A DNA stretch of 64,000 nucleotides from Octopus vulgaris (Eukaryota): positions 142,228,001-142,292,000 of the forward strand of contig OX597814.1 in assembly GCA_951406725.2 (NCBI GenBank), given 5' to 3'. How positions within the stretch are numbered: position 1 is the stretch's first letter; every line of letters starts with the position of its first letter. Under the pieces are notes generated by a model. It saw only the letters and a program-made list of their open reading frames with translations, was not told where the DNA came from and made no database searches. A program made the translations under genes and the position numbers. Shown piece by piece: positions 23,912-37,458 of this stretch.

Positions 23912-25794
23912 GTTCAAACACGCAATTGAACTCTACTGATATGCAGTCTGTTCACTAAACAGTTCAGCAAAAGACACCGATTAAGTAAGTGCCAGATTTA
24001 AAACCCTTCAAGGTTATGCTCCAGTATGGCCGTAGTTCAATGAATGAAACAATAATAAAATGAACTAATACAAATATGGGAGTTATTCTGGTTGTTATTT
24101 AGCCCCATTCAGCCCTAATGAAGCAGACCTATGATCAGAGATGATCCAGCTGTGCCGACCCCGTATTTTTCCTATGTACAGGGTACCCAAAATCACATTC
24201 GCTAATGTGTCTTTTAGTAAGACAGTAATGTTTGATTTGAGAAATGTTGGGGTACCATTTCTAGCAGGTTGTGGGAGGCGACGTAACAGATCGACCGGCT
24301 AAAAGTAGCAACCGAATCTCATTTAAATCACACATTAGTATTTGAAAGAGGGTACGATACAGTGGAAAATGTCGTTTGGGGAAAACGTGATGGCCACAGC
24401 TAGAATACTTTTCATCGGGGACTTGCTTGATCATAGCTGACCTAATTACAAAATGCACGGAGGGTTAATGAGGTAGTCACTAGCTGGTCGCTCGAATAGC
24501 AAGAAATAACAACCAAAACACAGTCAGCTGTTTAAGAAAAGGAAGTAGCACACATAAATTAATTTAGTCCTACACATTACTAAAAAGACGGGATTGTCGC
24601 GACAAGAATGTCATTTATTATAGGTCAGATGAGCTGAGGTTAACAATTAGATATGAAAAGAGACTTTATAGGTGTTAACAACAGGGTGTGTTCAGATTTT
24701 CATAAAGTACAATATTTTACGAGTTTGTACTGTTGTATAACTCCACGTCAAGGCAATTCATCACTCTAAATAATAATAACAACAACAATAATAATAATAA
24801 TAAATAATAATAATAATAATAGTGGTTTCAAATTTTGCCACAAGGGGCAAAAATTTTGGAGGACGGTATGAATCGATTACATCGACCCCAATGTTTAACT
24901 GGTACTTATTTTCTTTTCTCTTCTAGGCATAAGGCCCGAAATTTTGGGGGAGGGGGCCCAAAAGGATGAAAGGTAAAGTCGACCTCGACGGAATTTGAAA
25001 TCAGAACGTACCAATGGGCGAAAGGATCTAGTTTTTTTCATGCTTTGAAGATATGATGTTATGGAGAAAAAAGTTAGAGAAAAAGTTACAGAGGTTTAAA
25101 AATCGAAAAAAAAAAAATACTTGCTATTTTTAGCCAATAGCGAGATAGAAATTTTCTGCGTTTAGCGGAGCTGTGTCAACTTTAAGGTTGTACCCTGTGG
25201 GTTTTATAGTTTAGCGTTTGACCTGTTCATTGTATGTTTCTAAATGATCCGGTGGTGATGCTAGGCTTTGTATTTTTTTTTTCATAGCTCCCATGGTTAC
25301 CGAGATAATCTACTATAATAATACTCTTGTGTTTATGAATGAGAAAAGGAAGGGGTGATGTCATACTTGGTAGTGGGATGATGAAAACTGTATGCTGAAA
25401 AAAGTAAATCAAACAGCGTTTCAACTCTGTGAATATATGTGTGTGTGTGTGTGTATGTAAATGCGTAGGTGAATGTGTGTGTGTGTGTGTGTGTAAATGC
25501 GTAGGTGAATGTGTGTGTGTGTGTGTGTGCGTTTGTGCGCGCAATGGAAGTGGGATGGTTAATCTTTGTTCGCTTAGTATTTGGGTTTACTTTTGATTTG
25601 GTTGAATCTTGGTTGTTTCTTTTTTTTTTTTTTTTTGTCAGTTATTTTTAGTGCGTAACTAGTGCTTAAATTATCGAACTCGAAAGGATGAAAAGCAAAG
25701 TCGACCTCGGCGGAATTTGAACTCAAACGTAACAGCAGACGAAATGCCGCTGAGCATATCGCCCGGCGTGCTAACGTTTCTGCCAGCTCGCCGC

Positions 25795-25826
<32 letters not shown>

Positions 25827-26607
25827 TATTATTATTATAATAACCCGTTCCACTAAAGGCACAAGGCCTGAAATTTTGAGGGAAGGGAAAGACGATTACA
25901 TCGACCCCAGTTTGTTACCCCGAAAAGATGAAAGGTAAAGTTGACCTCGGCGGAATTGAACTCAACGTAAAAACGGACGAAATGCCGTTAAGCATTTTGC
26001 CCAGCGTGCTAACGATTCTGCCAGCTCGCCGCCATAATGATAATAATGATGATGACGGTGATAGTGATGATTTCTTTCACTAACAAGAGGGGCATAGATG
26101 AGGGGGACATCGAAAAGACAGACAACATTTTGCGTGGGGATTTGCATAAAGGGTGGAGAGAAAGAAGTGGAAAAGGCAGTGAAATACGATAAAAGTATAC
26201 ATAGTATACAAAGCATGTTATAACATGAACGCTGAAGTCCTCCTGATTCAGGAGAAACTCCAACTAGGGTCAATCAAGGAACCTTACTGATCCAGGGTTA
26301 CTCTGACTACAAAAAGGACCTGCCTTCTATCCTGCTCTTCAGTCTACAGGCGCATACTTAGAGTAGCGCCATTCACTCTAACCATTTTTACCACACGTCA
26401 GATAAGGAGGACATTACAAAAAATTGTGGAAGAAAGAAGGCGTCTCACATAAAATCGAGTGGGGAAAAAAAAAAGGTGAGTTGAAATTAGATGAAAAGTA
26501 TATATAGTGTTATGGGAGAATCCTGAACGCTCCCATGTGACTGAAAGTGGACTAGCTGATTTCAATAAGAAGTGAGTGAACTGTCGGCGGGTAGTTGAAC
26601 AGTGAAT

Positions 26608-28581
26608 CGCATTCATGTTCGGTGTTAATAGCAAAAAGGTTGTTCAAACGAAGTTGTCAATTGTGGGTTGAGGTTGTTAAGTTGAAGTAGTTGTTGTTTG
26701 TTGTTTAAATATGTATCGGTGTTCATTTGCACACTTTCGTCAACTGTTCTGTGCTGTCTTGAAACGGCTGGAATGGTGATGAGTGAGGATTGCGGCGCTT
26801 CGGGGCTGTCTTCTTCGGAAGAGGGGCTAGTGGGGGCATGGACGGAAGAATGGACAGGGAGAGGAGCTACTCAAGTGCCATGGAGGTGGGAAGTGGGTAG
26901 GTCGACCTGGCGAACTTGATGAGTTGCGGGGGATGCTGCATGCACGGGCTGATGATGTGGAATTGTCGCCACCCCAAGGAATTTTGGAGGGAATGCAGGG
27001 GAGGACTATCATCTGCAAGGTCTATTGATGGAGGAAGGGAAGATGGAAGTAGTGGCAATGGAGAAAGTGGAAGGAACACTAAGACCTGTCTGGCAGGATG
27101 TCGCATGTCTTGCCGGGGGAAGCGGGTATGGTACGGTGGGGGTTCGCCTCGGAGAGGCAGGTAAGGCGGGGCAAATTTCGGCGGCCCCGTTGAGAACGGA
27201 AGGTTGGTGCTTCTACTCAGGTACCTTGGAAGGAGGGCTTCCGGGGTGGCGGCTGCTATTCTCCTAGGCAATGAGGAAGTAGCGGTCTTCCAGGCTACCA
27301 AGGCGGAGGCAATGAACTGTAAGGGATGGACGTTGGTGTTGATTATCCAGGGATCGGTGGAAAGGATGATGGGGATGATAACAGTTGGAGATACGGTACT
27401 GAGAGTCAGGGTGGAGGGCAGAATCCTCCGATGCTTCAAATGTAACCTAAAGCCCCACATTAGAACGGACTGCCCTTCACCAACGGAGAGGAACCAAGAG
27501 AGAGCACAAGAAGAGCCAGCAGAGGATATACCAACGGGTGAAGTGAAAGAAGATGGTGTATCATGGGAAGTTGTAGATAAAAGAAGAAAAAGAAAACTAA
27601 TGAAACAGAAAACCGACACCCACTCCACACCTTCTCAACCTTCCCCTTCCCCCGCTGACACCTGACCCACCCACTCCTCTCTGACATAAAAACAAAAAAG
27701 AAAAACACTGACACACAGGAACCCCCAAACTACGCCTCCCCCAGCCAAGGAAGAAAATTGTTTTGTATGTATGCTATACGATACTTCGAATGAGAATCTG
27801 ATCCGAGAAACAATAACAATAAAAGACACAGTGTTTGTTAAAATGGAAGAGGGGGGGTCAATATAAAGGGGTGGAACGCATGCTTGTTGGTGTCGGAAGA
27901 ACAAAAGAAAAAAATAGAAAAACATAAATATGGGTAAACTACGTGGAGGGTAAACATTGGCAAAAGTAAATTGCCAGATGATATGTTATATGTGGACCTT
28001 ACAAAGGAGTGCAGAATGGACCTACTTGTTGTTAAGCAACAAGACGGGTAAGGGTGGTCAGGTGATGGTCTAGGGCTTAGGGGCGAGAGACCCCAGACCT
28101 TGGAAAAAAATAAAAACTTTGGTCGTCTTGTTGTAGTCGAGGGTTCTTCGTTGACGCCCGACACCACTGGGAGGTGGCCCTCGAAGTCGCTGGAAATGGA
28201 GATCTTCAGGTCCAAATTCTTGGACGGCAGAATGGACCTACTGGAAGGAACGGAGTTTAACATAAGAAGTGAAGCTGCTCGGAGGTGGGGCGAGTAGCTT
28301 CATTTTCATGTCATTTCTGGTTTTTCATGCGTTTTTCTTTGGTTTTTCCGCCTGTTTTGTGTCCCCACATGTAGTGTGTTGTCCCCTCTATGTTCGCCCC
28401 TAGTGGGCAATAAAAAAATCAGTGAAGCTGCTCGGAGGTGGAGCGAGTAGCTTCATTTTCATTTTCTCATGTCATTTCTTGTTTTTCATGCGTTGTTCTT
28501 TTTTTCCGCCTGTTTTGTGTCCCCACATGTGGTGTGTTGACCCCTCTATGTTCGCCCCTAGTGGACAATAAAAAAGCAGGA
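26608..28581 (+). mobile_element. Non-LTR retroposon encoding only a frameshifted ORF1/gag-like zinc-knuckle protein
   Basis: 16-bp TSD TAGTTGAACAGTGAAT (26592-26607, 28582-28597); CCHC knuckle CFKCNLKPHIRTDC in 27204-27665; A-rich duplicated 3' tail; no RT or endonuclease motif seen. Confidence 0.75.
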
Positions 28582-28639
28582 TAGTTGAACAGTGAATACT
28601 GAGTATCGTATATACGTTCGAGTAGTACGGAATGCAGTC

Positions 28640-29200
28640 TGTGTTAACATACTTCTGCTATAGGTTATATTTAGATAACCTCAACCTACTATTTATTTGT
28701 GTAATACCATTTTACACCAGATGTGTATACCTCACGTCGTAACACATAGTACCACCCAATATGTGAATACATGGATGATAAAGTGCTCCTGTTATAGTGT
28801 AGCCTCCAAGTAGGTCCGAATCCTACAGATCCAAGATCACTCTTACCACCAACTGTAGCTCTCCAATCTACAGGCACATGCTTATAGTAGTTTCATTCAC
28901 CTTAACCATTTTTGCTACTGTCACCTAACTTTCGATAAATTCGTTAAAGGAGAGAGTATTTCCCTCTCTACATTCATTGTTCTTTCCATGTAGAACATGA
29001 AAAAAGTTGACGTGGGCCTGATTTGATCGAAGAGTGTCTGACCTCAATCTTTTTAGCCTCGTCCAACACACAGTCTCTTCTGTCATACCTACCAAACAGC
29101 ACAAAACTGCCTCTCTGGCTATATTTAGGAAGGGCGGTGGGCCGGTAACCGGATCCGTCTTGCATGTGATATCGATTGCTCGTCATAATACCCGAAGTCA
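28640..29200 (+). pseudogene. Possible very old non-LTR RT remnant
   Basis: Fragments LLLFICV and EYMDDKVLL in RT motif order; heavily degraded. Confidence 0.25.
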
Positions 29201-29861
29201 ACAATGCTCAGTCACTGTACGACTGCGTGTGATACGGTTTCGTCGCGCATAGTTCTATCTGGCGGCACTTCTGTGCCTGTAGAGTTACCTCTAACTAGTT
29301 CTGCTCTTCTGCAGCACTTCTAGGCCAGGTATTTCCCAAAATTATCCATAATTGTCTCCGGCCCGAGAAATCCTCCGGAACAGAGCCGCCAGAGCGACAG
29401 ATTAGGAGACATTACTTACGAAAAAGAATGCGTTCACGTAGAAACTGATTTTCGCAAAAAAGAAAAGCAGGTGGGGCATGGAAAACAAATAAGGACTGAA
29501 ATGAGACATCCTATAGGGAATAATAACCATTTAGGGACAATCAGGAACCCCACAGACCCAGGATTATTCTACCATGAGCCCCACCCTCTGCCAAGGTCCA
29601 GTTCCCTTTTATCCTTTCGGAATTAAGTAACTGGCCCTAAAAAATTGCTATCCTTGTTAAAATTAGAATTATTATACGATACAGGTATTCACATATCTTA
29701 AACAGAGGGAGATGGAATGACGCAGTTTCAGAAACGCTGGAGACCCATTGGTTTACACCAGAGGTTTTCGATGTGGGCGATACCGCCCCCAAGGGGGGCA
29801 CCGGGCATGTCGACGGGAGCGCTAAGCTTTAGGGGGGGGGTGAGAACAGAGTTATATTAAA

Positions 29862-30221
29862 CTAGCAGTATCGCCCGGCTTTGCAAGGGAAATAACTATA
29901 AAGCATTTTTAGAGTTATAGCCAAAAAATAGCAAAAAAATGGAAAAAAAATGATGGTAAATTTTTTTTTAGAGTAAAAAAGGTCGAGTTGCGTCCCTTAA
30001 ACAGTCTGTGGTTTGTGTTTCTGATTCTCGACCCCATGTCGGATTTATCGATTTTTTTCAGAACTGGGGGAACTTTTCAAAATTTTCGCTGCGTTAGTTT
30101 TGAATTATGACATTGGGCTATGTGTGTGTCAAGTTTCATCAGAATCGGTTGAAAGCCGTGGTCAGGGTGAGGGTACAACCTAACAGACACACAGACAAAC
30201 TGCCGTTTATATAGAGAGAGA
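29862..30221 (-). mobile_element. Non-autonomous Helitron, chimeric, nested
   Basis: Minus-strand TC start and CTAG end; 5' part matches 20346-20550, 3' part matches 3750-3882. Confidence 0.85.
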
Positions 30222-30422
30222 TTTCACCTATACTAGTAATCACATTTTACATGATAAAACTAGTAATGGTTATTATAATAAAATCGCATCAGGCACAGGG
30301 AAGTCATTAATTTGTAATGCATAAAGTAAATTTGCAACTTTTGTCTATATTAATTTTTTTATTATTTCACTGTTAAAAACTTATACAACAATCCAATTTT
30401 AGGTAAAAATTTATAAATTATC

Positions 30423-30821
30423 TTTTCTACTCATGGAACAAGGCTCGAAATTTTGGGGGAGGGAGCGAGTCGATTAGATCGACCATAGTACGCAAACTGG
30501 TACTTAATTTATGGACCCTGAAGAGATGAAAGGCAAAGTCGACCTCGACAGAATTTGGATTCAGAACGTAGCGGCAGACGAAATACCTATTTCTTTACTA
30601 CCCACAAGGGGCTAAACACAGAGAGGACAAACAAGGACAGTCAAACGGATTAAGTCGATTATATCGACCCCAGTGCGTAACTGGTACTTAATTTATTTAC
30701 CCCGAAAGGATGAAAGGCAAAGTCGACTTCGGCCGGAATTTGAACTCAGAACGTAACGGCAGGCGAAATACCGCTAAGCATTTCGCCCGGCGTGCTAACG
30801 CTTCTGACAGCTCGCCGCCTT
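30423..30821 (-). mobile_element. SINE family B with TSD, nested
   Basis: TSD AAAATTTATAAATTATC on both sides. Confidence 0.9.
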
Positions 30822-31296
30822 AAAATTTATAAATTATCATCCATGTTTAAGTCAGTTTAGTTGTGATACCTTATTCTCCACTTGGGAGGGCGCTAGGCAT
30901 AACAACTACTTAAAAGGGGTGAGACGCTAAAAACAGGGGTGGGGGTTAAACCACTGGTTAACACCAACAACTGATTGCAAACTTTGGTAAAAGACATCTA
31001 ATTTAGTCAGCAATTTAGGGTACTAGTCACCCTATCATTCAGTATTTGACTGGTACTTGATGTATTGGTAACCCACGTCCCTCTAGAAAAATAAAATGCT
31101 ACATCAACTTCAGTAAGATTTTAACGTAAAGCGACGTAGTTAATAATAACAATACTGCATGATATTTCATTTGCCACTTTGCCGTCCATAGCAATAATAA
31201 TGAATTACTTTTTCTTTTAATGTTTGGACTGCGGCTATGCTGAGGCATCGCCTCGACGGGATGTTAGTCAAACGAATCGACCCCAGTACTTATTTT

Positions 31297-31833
31297 GGCA
31301 AGACTTCCGCCCGTCCCTCACCAAAAACCACCCTTAAAAAAATTTTTTTTCGACTCAACCCCCCCCCCCCCCCACACACACACACCTTTTCGGCTACGGG
31401 GAATACGAATCTGCAAAAAAAAAAATTGGCAAAAATCGACTTTTCTAAATTACCACCCCCACCCCCATTTCCTTCATTTTTAACTTTTTTCAAAATATGC
31501 GGGAAAATACAGAGATTATGATTCTGAAGAAAATTACCAAAAATCTTTGAAGAATTTTTTTTTTTTTCTAAATATACGGACATCATGATTCGGACAAAAC
31601 TTTCAAAACATTTCTGTACTTACGGTTAGGGTTAGGATTTTAGGATTAGGGTTCATGTTAGGGAAAAAGTCAAAATTGAAGAAGTTGGGAGGAAATGGGA
31701 TGGGCAATTTCACAATACCGACTTTTGGCAATTTTCCGGAACCTCCGTATCGGAAAACGGGGATTTTTAGGAAAAAAAATTACAAAAATAAACTAATTTG
31801 AGAGAAAAATAGGGTGGGGGCGGAAGTCTTTCC
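31297..31833. mobile_element. Merlin-like MITE inserted in a family A SINE tail
   Basis: TIRs GGCAAGACTTCCGCCC / GGGCGGAAGTCTTTCC; perfect 8-bp TSD CTTATTTT. Confidence 0.8.
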
Positions 31834-32089
31834 CTTATTTTTAAGTCAGGCATTTATTCTATCGTTCTCTTAGCTGAACTAATAAATGTAAACAGACCCA
31901 CATCGGTTATCAAGTTCGGAGGTGGGACGTCACACGGCATAACTCCAGTTTCTACTATATGCATATAGTAGAGAGGAATTTACATCAACCCTTGTATTCA
32001 ATCGGGACTTTTATCGAATTCGAAAGGATGAAGATCAAAGTGGACCTCAGCAGAATTTGAACTCAGCAGAAAGAATTAGTATATATTAT

Positions 32090-32410
32090 TTTCTCTGTGA
32101 GCACAAAGCTTGAAATTTTGAGGGAGGGGGCTAGTCAAAATGTACCATCCCGAAAGGATGAAAGGCAAAGTTAACCTCGGCGGAATTTGAACACAGAACA
32201 TAAAGACAGACGAAATAATTATTTCTTTACTACCCACAAGGGGCTAAACACAGAGAGGACAGACAAACGGATGAAGTCGATTATATCGACGCCGAAAGGA
32301 TGAAAGGCAAAGTCGACCTCGGCGGAATTTGAACTCAGAACGTGACGGCAGACGAAATACAGCTACGCATTTCGCCCGGCGTGCTAACGTCTCTGCCAGC
32401 TCGCCGCCTT
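32090..32410 (-). mobile_element. SINE family B
   Basis: Reverse-strand match with internal deletions. Confidence 0.8.
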
Positions 32411-32611
32411 ATGAACTCAGTTATATTAATAATAATAATATTTATTAAATACTAAGGGTTCACAAAATCATTTAGGGCAGTGCAGGACGATACAATGTGG
32501 GAATGCATAAAGAAGCGTGTAATTAAAAGAACAAATGAAAATATATGTTTTCAGCAATGAAAAATTCCCCAAGTGAGGGAGATTTCGGAGAATTACTTTT
32601 GGAAATCTCAC

Positions 32612-32638
32612 CCACGAAAACACGGTCTTTCTGACCAT
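32612..32638 (-). CDS. Candidate alternative first coding exon MVRKTVFSW
   Basis: ttcaATGG start context; TGG|GTGAGA donor, phase 0; unique flanks 32450-33250. Confidence 0.45.
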
Positions 32639-33516
32639 TGAAGCAAACAGCCTTCTCCCCGTTAATGGTACGAAGATATTATAAAGACAGATACGAATAA
32701 CACGGAAGTAACCTGGGACAAGAAAGCTTGTCTCAGGTTGTGGTCCGACAAAAAGCATAATTAAACCGGTTACAAAACATCAATATCGTATAACATAATA
32801 ATAACAATAATAATAATAGTAATAATAATACCCCCTTCGCCATGATTCCACGGACAGTCCTGAAGAAGAAAAGGAGCGGGTGGGTTCTATGGTCAGTGGG
32901 GTGTTGTGGTGTTTACTTCCAAAGAAATCCACGAAAACGAGCGAATGGGACGGTTCAGTACTGACGCGAATTTACAAAGACATTATTACACTAACAACAA
33001 TAGTTCGACTGTGACGAGTAAAATCGTTGAAATTTCTCTTTTTTTATTTTTAGATGTGTTCTTTTTTTTCAATATTTTTGTTTTGTTTGATTTGTTATTT
33101 TGCCTGGAATACAAAAAAAAATTAAAATAAATAAAGTCAGACCACTTGTGGTGGTTGTCGATGGGAGATTAGTCGGTTGGTGCTGGACATCTCGCTAGAA
33201 CTGACCGATAATATTTGGATAGACAGACAAAAGAAGATAACAATGTATCAGAAGAAATAACAAAGGAAGAACCACATATACTTACATACGCTCGTTTCAT
33301 ATATACATATATAAACACGCACGCGTACACACACTACCTTGCACAACTGCGTTCTATTTGTTTTTCATTTTTTTTGTTTTTGTCGTATTTTCTTTTGGGT
33401 CCATTAATTTGTTCGAAACCACAGAACACATGAAGGAAGAAAAAATCATACAAAAGATAAGCCCGAAACACAGTCGTGTTTTCAACACGCGTTTAGAAGA
33501 AAAGCCTTGTTCCCCC

Positions 33517-33915
33517 CCACACACACACTCATACACATTGCCTATCACTCATATATCTATAACTATATATATATATACATCTACACACACTATATATATA
33601 TACACACACATATACACACACTATATATATACACATACTATATAAGTACACACATATACACACATAGATGTACACACATATACACATACTATATATGTAC
33701 ACACATACGTACACACATATACATACATATACACACAGATGTACACACATATACATACAGATGTACACACATATACACACCCACATATATATACATATAC
33801 ACACACATACATACATATACACACACGCATACATACACACACACATATATATATACATACATATATACATACACACATACATATATACACACACATCTAT
33901 GTAAGTACACATATA
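33517..33915. repeat. Degenerate CA/TA microsatellite
   Basis: Read directly from the sequence. Confidence 0.9.
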
Positions 33916-34384
33916 CTGCACTGGCAAGGATTTACTCTAACGCATTATCGATTCTGCTACTCTACGACGCCTCATCTATGAAAGAACATATACACGTGTT
34001 CTTGCATAGTTATTAGGCGTCGAGCGGTTGGAATCGATAAAGAACCGGGAATAAGCACCTTCTAGCAGTAGTTTTAGTCGTGTCCCGCTGCGTTCCGAGT
34101 TCGAATCCCGCCAAAGTCTGAGGCAATGGATTGCAGAACCTGTAGAGCGTCGGACAAAATTCCTGCGATATTTAAGCTTCAGACTGAGACGATCCCTGAG
34201 TTGAGAACATCGCTTTCACTTTCTACTACTACTACTACTAATAATAATAATAATAATAAACTTAAAATTGTGTTTCTCAACCATTTTTTTTTTACTTGTT
34301 TTGGACACTTTTTGGTTCTTATTTTACTCTGCTGGACCTTCATAGTCACTCGGTGTTTAAATAAGTCCCATTATATTTTTATAA

Positions 34385-35175
34385 TGGCTGTGTGGTAAGA
34401 AGTTTGCTTCCCAACCACATGGTTCCAGGGTTCAGTTCCACTGCGTGGCACCTTCGGCAAGTGTCTTCTATTATAGTTTCGGACCGACCAAAGCCTTGTG
34501 AGTGGATTTGGTAGACGGAAACTGAAAGAAGCTCGATGTATGTATGTATGTATGTATATATATGGCGCTGCTCCAGCATGGCCGCAGTTAAATGATTGAA
34601 ACGTGTGAAAGAATATATATGTATATCTTTGTGTGCCTATGTTTGACCTCCCACTATCACCACCACCATCGCTTGACAACTGATTTGTATATGTTTACAT
34701 CCCCGTAGCTTAGCGATTCGGCAAAAGAGGCCGACAGAATAAGTCTCGGGGTCGATTCCTTCGACTAAAAGGCAGTGCTCCAGCAGGGTCACAGTCAAAA
34801 TGACTGAAACGAGTAAGAGATGATAAATATTATTAGGCATTTTATGGAAAAAGGCTGATAAAATAGTTTGTGTATTATAGGCGCAGTTGTGTGGTAAGAA
34901 TCTTGATTCTCAACCACATGGTTCCGGGTTCAGTCTCAATGCGTGGCACCATGGGCAAATGTCTTCTACTATAGCCTCAGGCTGACCAAAGCTTTGTGAG
35001 TTTACATCCTTATAACTTAACGGTTCGGCAAAACTGACCGATAGAATAAGTACTAGGTTTACAAAGAATAAGTCCTGGGGTTGGTTTCTTCGATTGAAAA
35101 AAAAAACCTTTAAGGCGGTGCTCCAGCGTGGCCGCAGTCAAATACTTGAAACAAGTAAACGAATAAAAGAATAAA
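34385..35175 (+). mobile_element. Two adjacent family A SINEs, rearranged or deleted
   Basis: Heads near 34385 and 34880, each with a family A tail. Confidence 0.8.
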
Positions 35176-35621
35176 AGATCACCGGGATCTTCACGCTTTG
35201 AGTACTCCACCTAGGTCACCTCTGCCTTTCGACCTCATTGACGGTCGATAAAATATCAAGTATACCAGTCAAGTATAACGATCGATTTAAATATTCCTTT
35301 AAAACATCCTAGCTGTGAATGGAATTGTAATAGAAAACTTTGCCTTTCATCTCGCCAGTACAGCTAAATATTGTTTCATTCAACAGCTAAACATTGTGTT
35401 TAGCTGTTGAATGAATTTACCACATTGCTTCATGTCATTGTGCTGATGTTGTCGATATTGTTAAACACCCGGGTCAGGACTGACCGAATAGGCCTATGAT
35501 TGCAGTCGCTCCTTTTGTGACCATCCAGTATATCTGTGACTATACTGTTTAAATATAACCTGTCTGTCTGTCTACCTACTTCTTTTATCACTATATGTAT
35601 ATAGCTATCCATCATAGGCCT

Positions 35622-35785
35622 GTGATCGACGCCATTCCAACTTTGACCATCCAGTGTTACTTTAAATCAGTGACTACACTTTTTCGAATCACGTCTGAAG
35701 GCGGTGATCGACGTCATTCCAACTTTGACCATCCAGTGTTACTTTATATCAGTGGCTACACTTTTTCGAATCAAGTCTGATGGCG
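35622..35785. repeat. 82-bp tandem duplication
   Basis: GTGATCGACG..CATTCCAACTTTGACCATCCAGTGTTACTTTA.. at 35622 and 35704. Confidence 0.9.
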
Positions 35786-37458
35786 GTAGGATGTGATTTT
35801 GAGAGAGATTGACTGCTCTTTCTGGTTAGTTGAATGATTGCATAGAATAGGCATGGATGACCTTTTTCGAGAAGCGGGCCGCAAGAATCATGACTCATCA
35901 ACAAGCGGGCCACACTACCAAAAATATCCAAGGTAACTTGCTCGTTAGGCGTCCAATTCAGAAAGGCCTGTGGGCTGTAGGTTGACCATAATTAGCGTAG
36001 AGACCCCCTAATTGGTTTGTTAAGCTAATGTAAAAATTTACTGTTCATGGCAGAATCGGTTGGGTCCTGGACAAAATAATCAGCGGTGTTTAGGCATGTG
36101 TCCCCAGTTTTAGTTCAAATTCCGTCGAAATCAATTTTGACTGCTACTTGATCAATCGACCGAAGAATTGTGAAAGACAAAGAGAACTCGAGTTGATCTA
36201 ATCAATTATACCCCACCTCCTCATCTGTGAATATGTGGACTCGTGTTCATCTCAGTCACTATTCGAACTGCGATAGTAATACCCAGAACGGTACAGAAAT
36301 CGTGATCCGGTTTCGATTTACAGTTGGAACTTCGCTCCATCATGTCACTAATGCTTTCGTAGAATGTTAAAAATCCTTAACTTTACAATTCTGCAAAATC
36401 AGTTTAAAACCACCGCCACTAGTAACACAAGCCTTTGTTATCAGAGTCGATCTTGAGCCAACGTGGTAGGTTCGGTTTTTATGTGGTTACTGATCTGCTA
36501 GAAATAGTAGCCAAATCTCTCACAAACCACACCTTACTGTCTTTGGAAAGGACAGATGGATAATGTAGTGTGGAGTATAACTATGCTATGAAAAGGAAAA
36601 GGCAGGATAGTCACGACTGAAAAGCCATTGATCATAGGTCTGTGCAATCAGGGCTGACTTGGGATTAAACCAGAGGAATACACTAGCTAATATGTCGTTC
36701 ATTAAAAGCTTGTGTATTCCTAGATCGCTATGCCTAACAAACAAGATTGTCAAGGTGAGAAAGTCTTTGGTTGACTCGATCAGGGCTTTCTTTCCTGGTG
36801 TTTAACAACTACAACCTGGTCTTGATACCTTACTAATGCCCACCACTACGCTGCTTATGACTTTGGGGGAAAAGTATGAACATCACAACAACTCATTCAT
36901 GGTACAGACCTCAAAATCTGAAGCATAAGCCTGTACTTTAACTGTTTTCTTTCGGACCAACGTGGATGCCTTCTATGTGGTTGCTGACATGCTAGAAATA
37001 GCAGTCAAATGTTCTTTGAATGTTTGCTTTTAAGTAAAAACGATGTACACAATAAACAATGCAATCTCTCCACTTACGGAAAATAAAAGCAAAGTGCGCA
37101 TTGGATATCACAGTCTTTCTTACAAGATGGTCATGGTTGGAATGCTTCTGTTCGCAGGGTTCCACAGTTTCGTGAGTTATCATCAGTGAATACAGAACTT
37201 ATTAGGTCCATACGATAAATACCAGTAATGTACTGAGGGATGAGGGACGGAGGTTGATTCATATCAGTTACATTCCTTCTTATAGCTTTAACCTATTGTT
37301 AGAAATCAGTACCGAAAACTATGTCTTTGAATTAGTTTATACCACATTTTGGGTGATAACGTGTGTTTATTCAACATCAAGTATTCCCGTGTCAACAAGG
37401 AGGCTTCTTCTATGGTGGTCGGTCTATTTGCTAGAAATAGATTGTAAATCACCCAAAC

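Larger units (their letters stand above)
29759..30956. mobile_element. hAT/Charlie-like element carrying nested insertions
   Basis: Termini CAGAGGTTTT / TAAACCACTG; 8-bp TSD GTTTACAC / GTTAACAC. Confidence 0.7.

Noticed and set aside
31625-31662. Telomere or chromosome-fusion scar
   Set aside because: Only a few degenerate TTAGGG units, located inside a MITE.
32733-32843. Signal-peptide-like ORF MAKGVLLLLLL..
   Set aside because: The poly-Leu is a (TTA)n microsatellite and the ORF stops after 36 codons; at most a uORF.
33507-34016. Multiple overlapping His/Thr/Tyr/Ile-rich ORFs (similar ones at 42497-43031, 50946-51485 and 55342-55786)
   Set aside because: These are translations of simple repeats.
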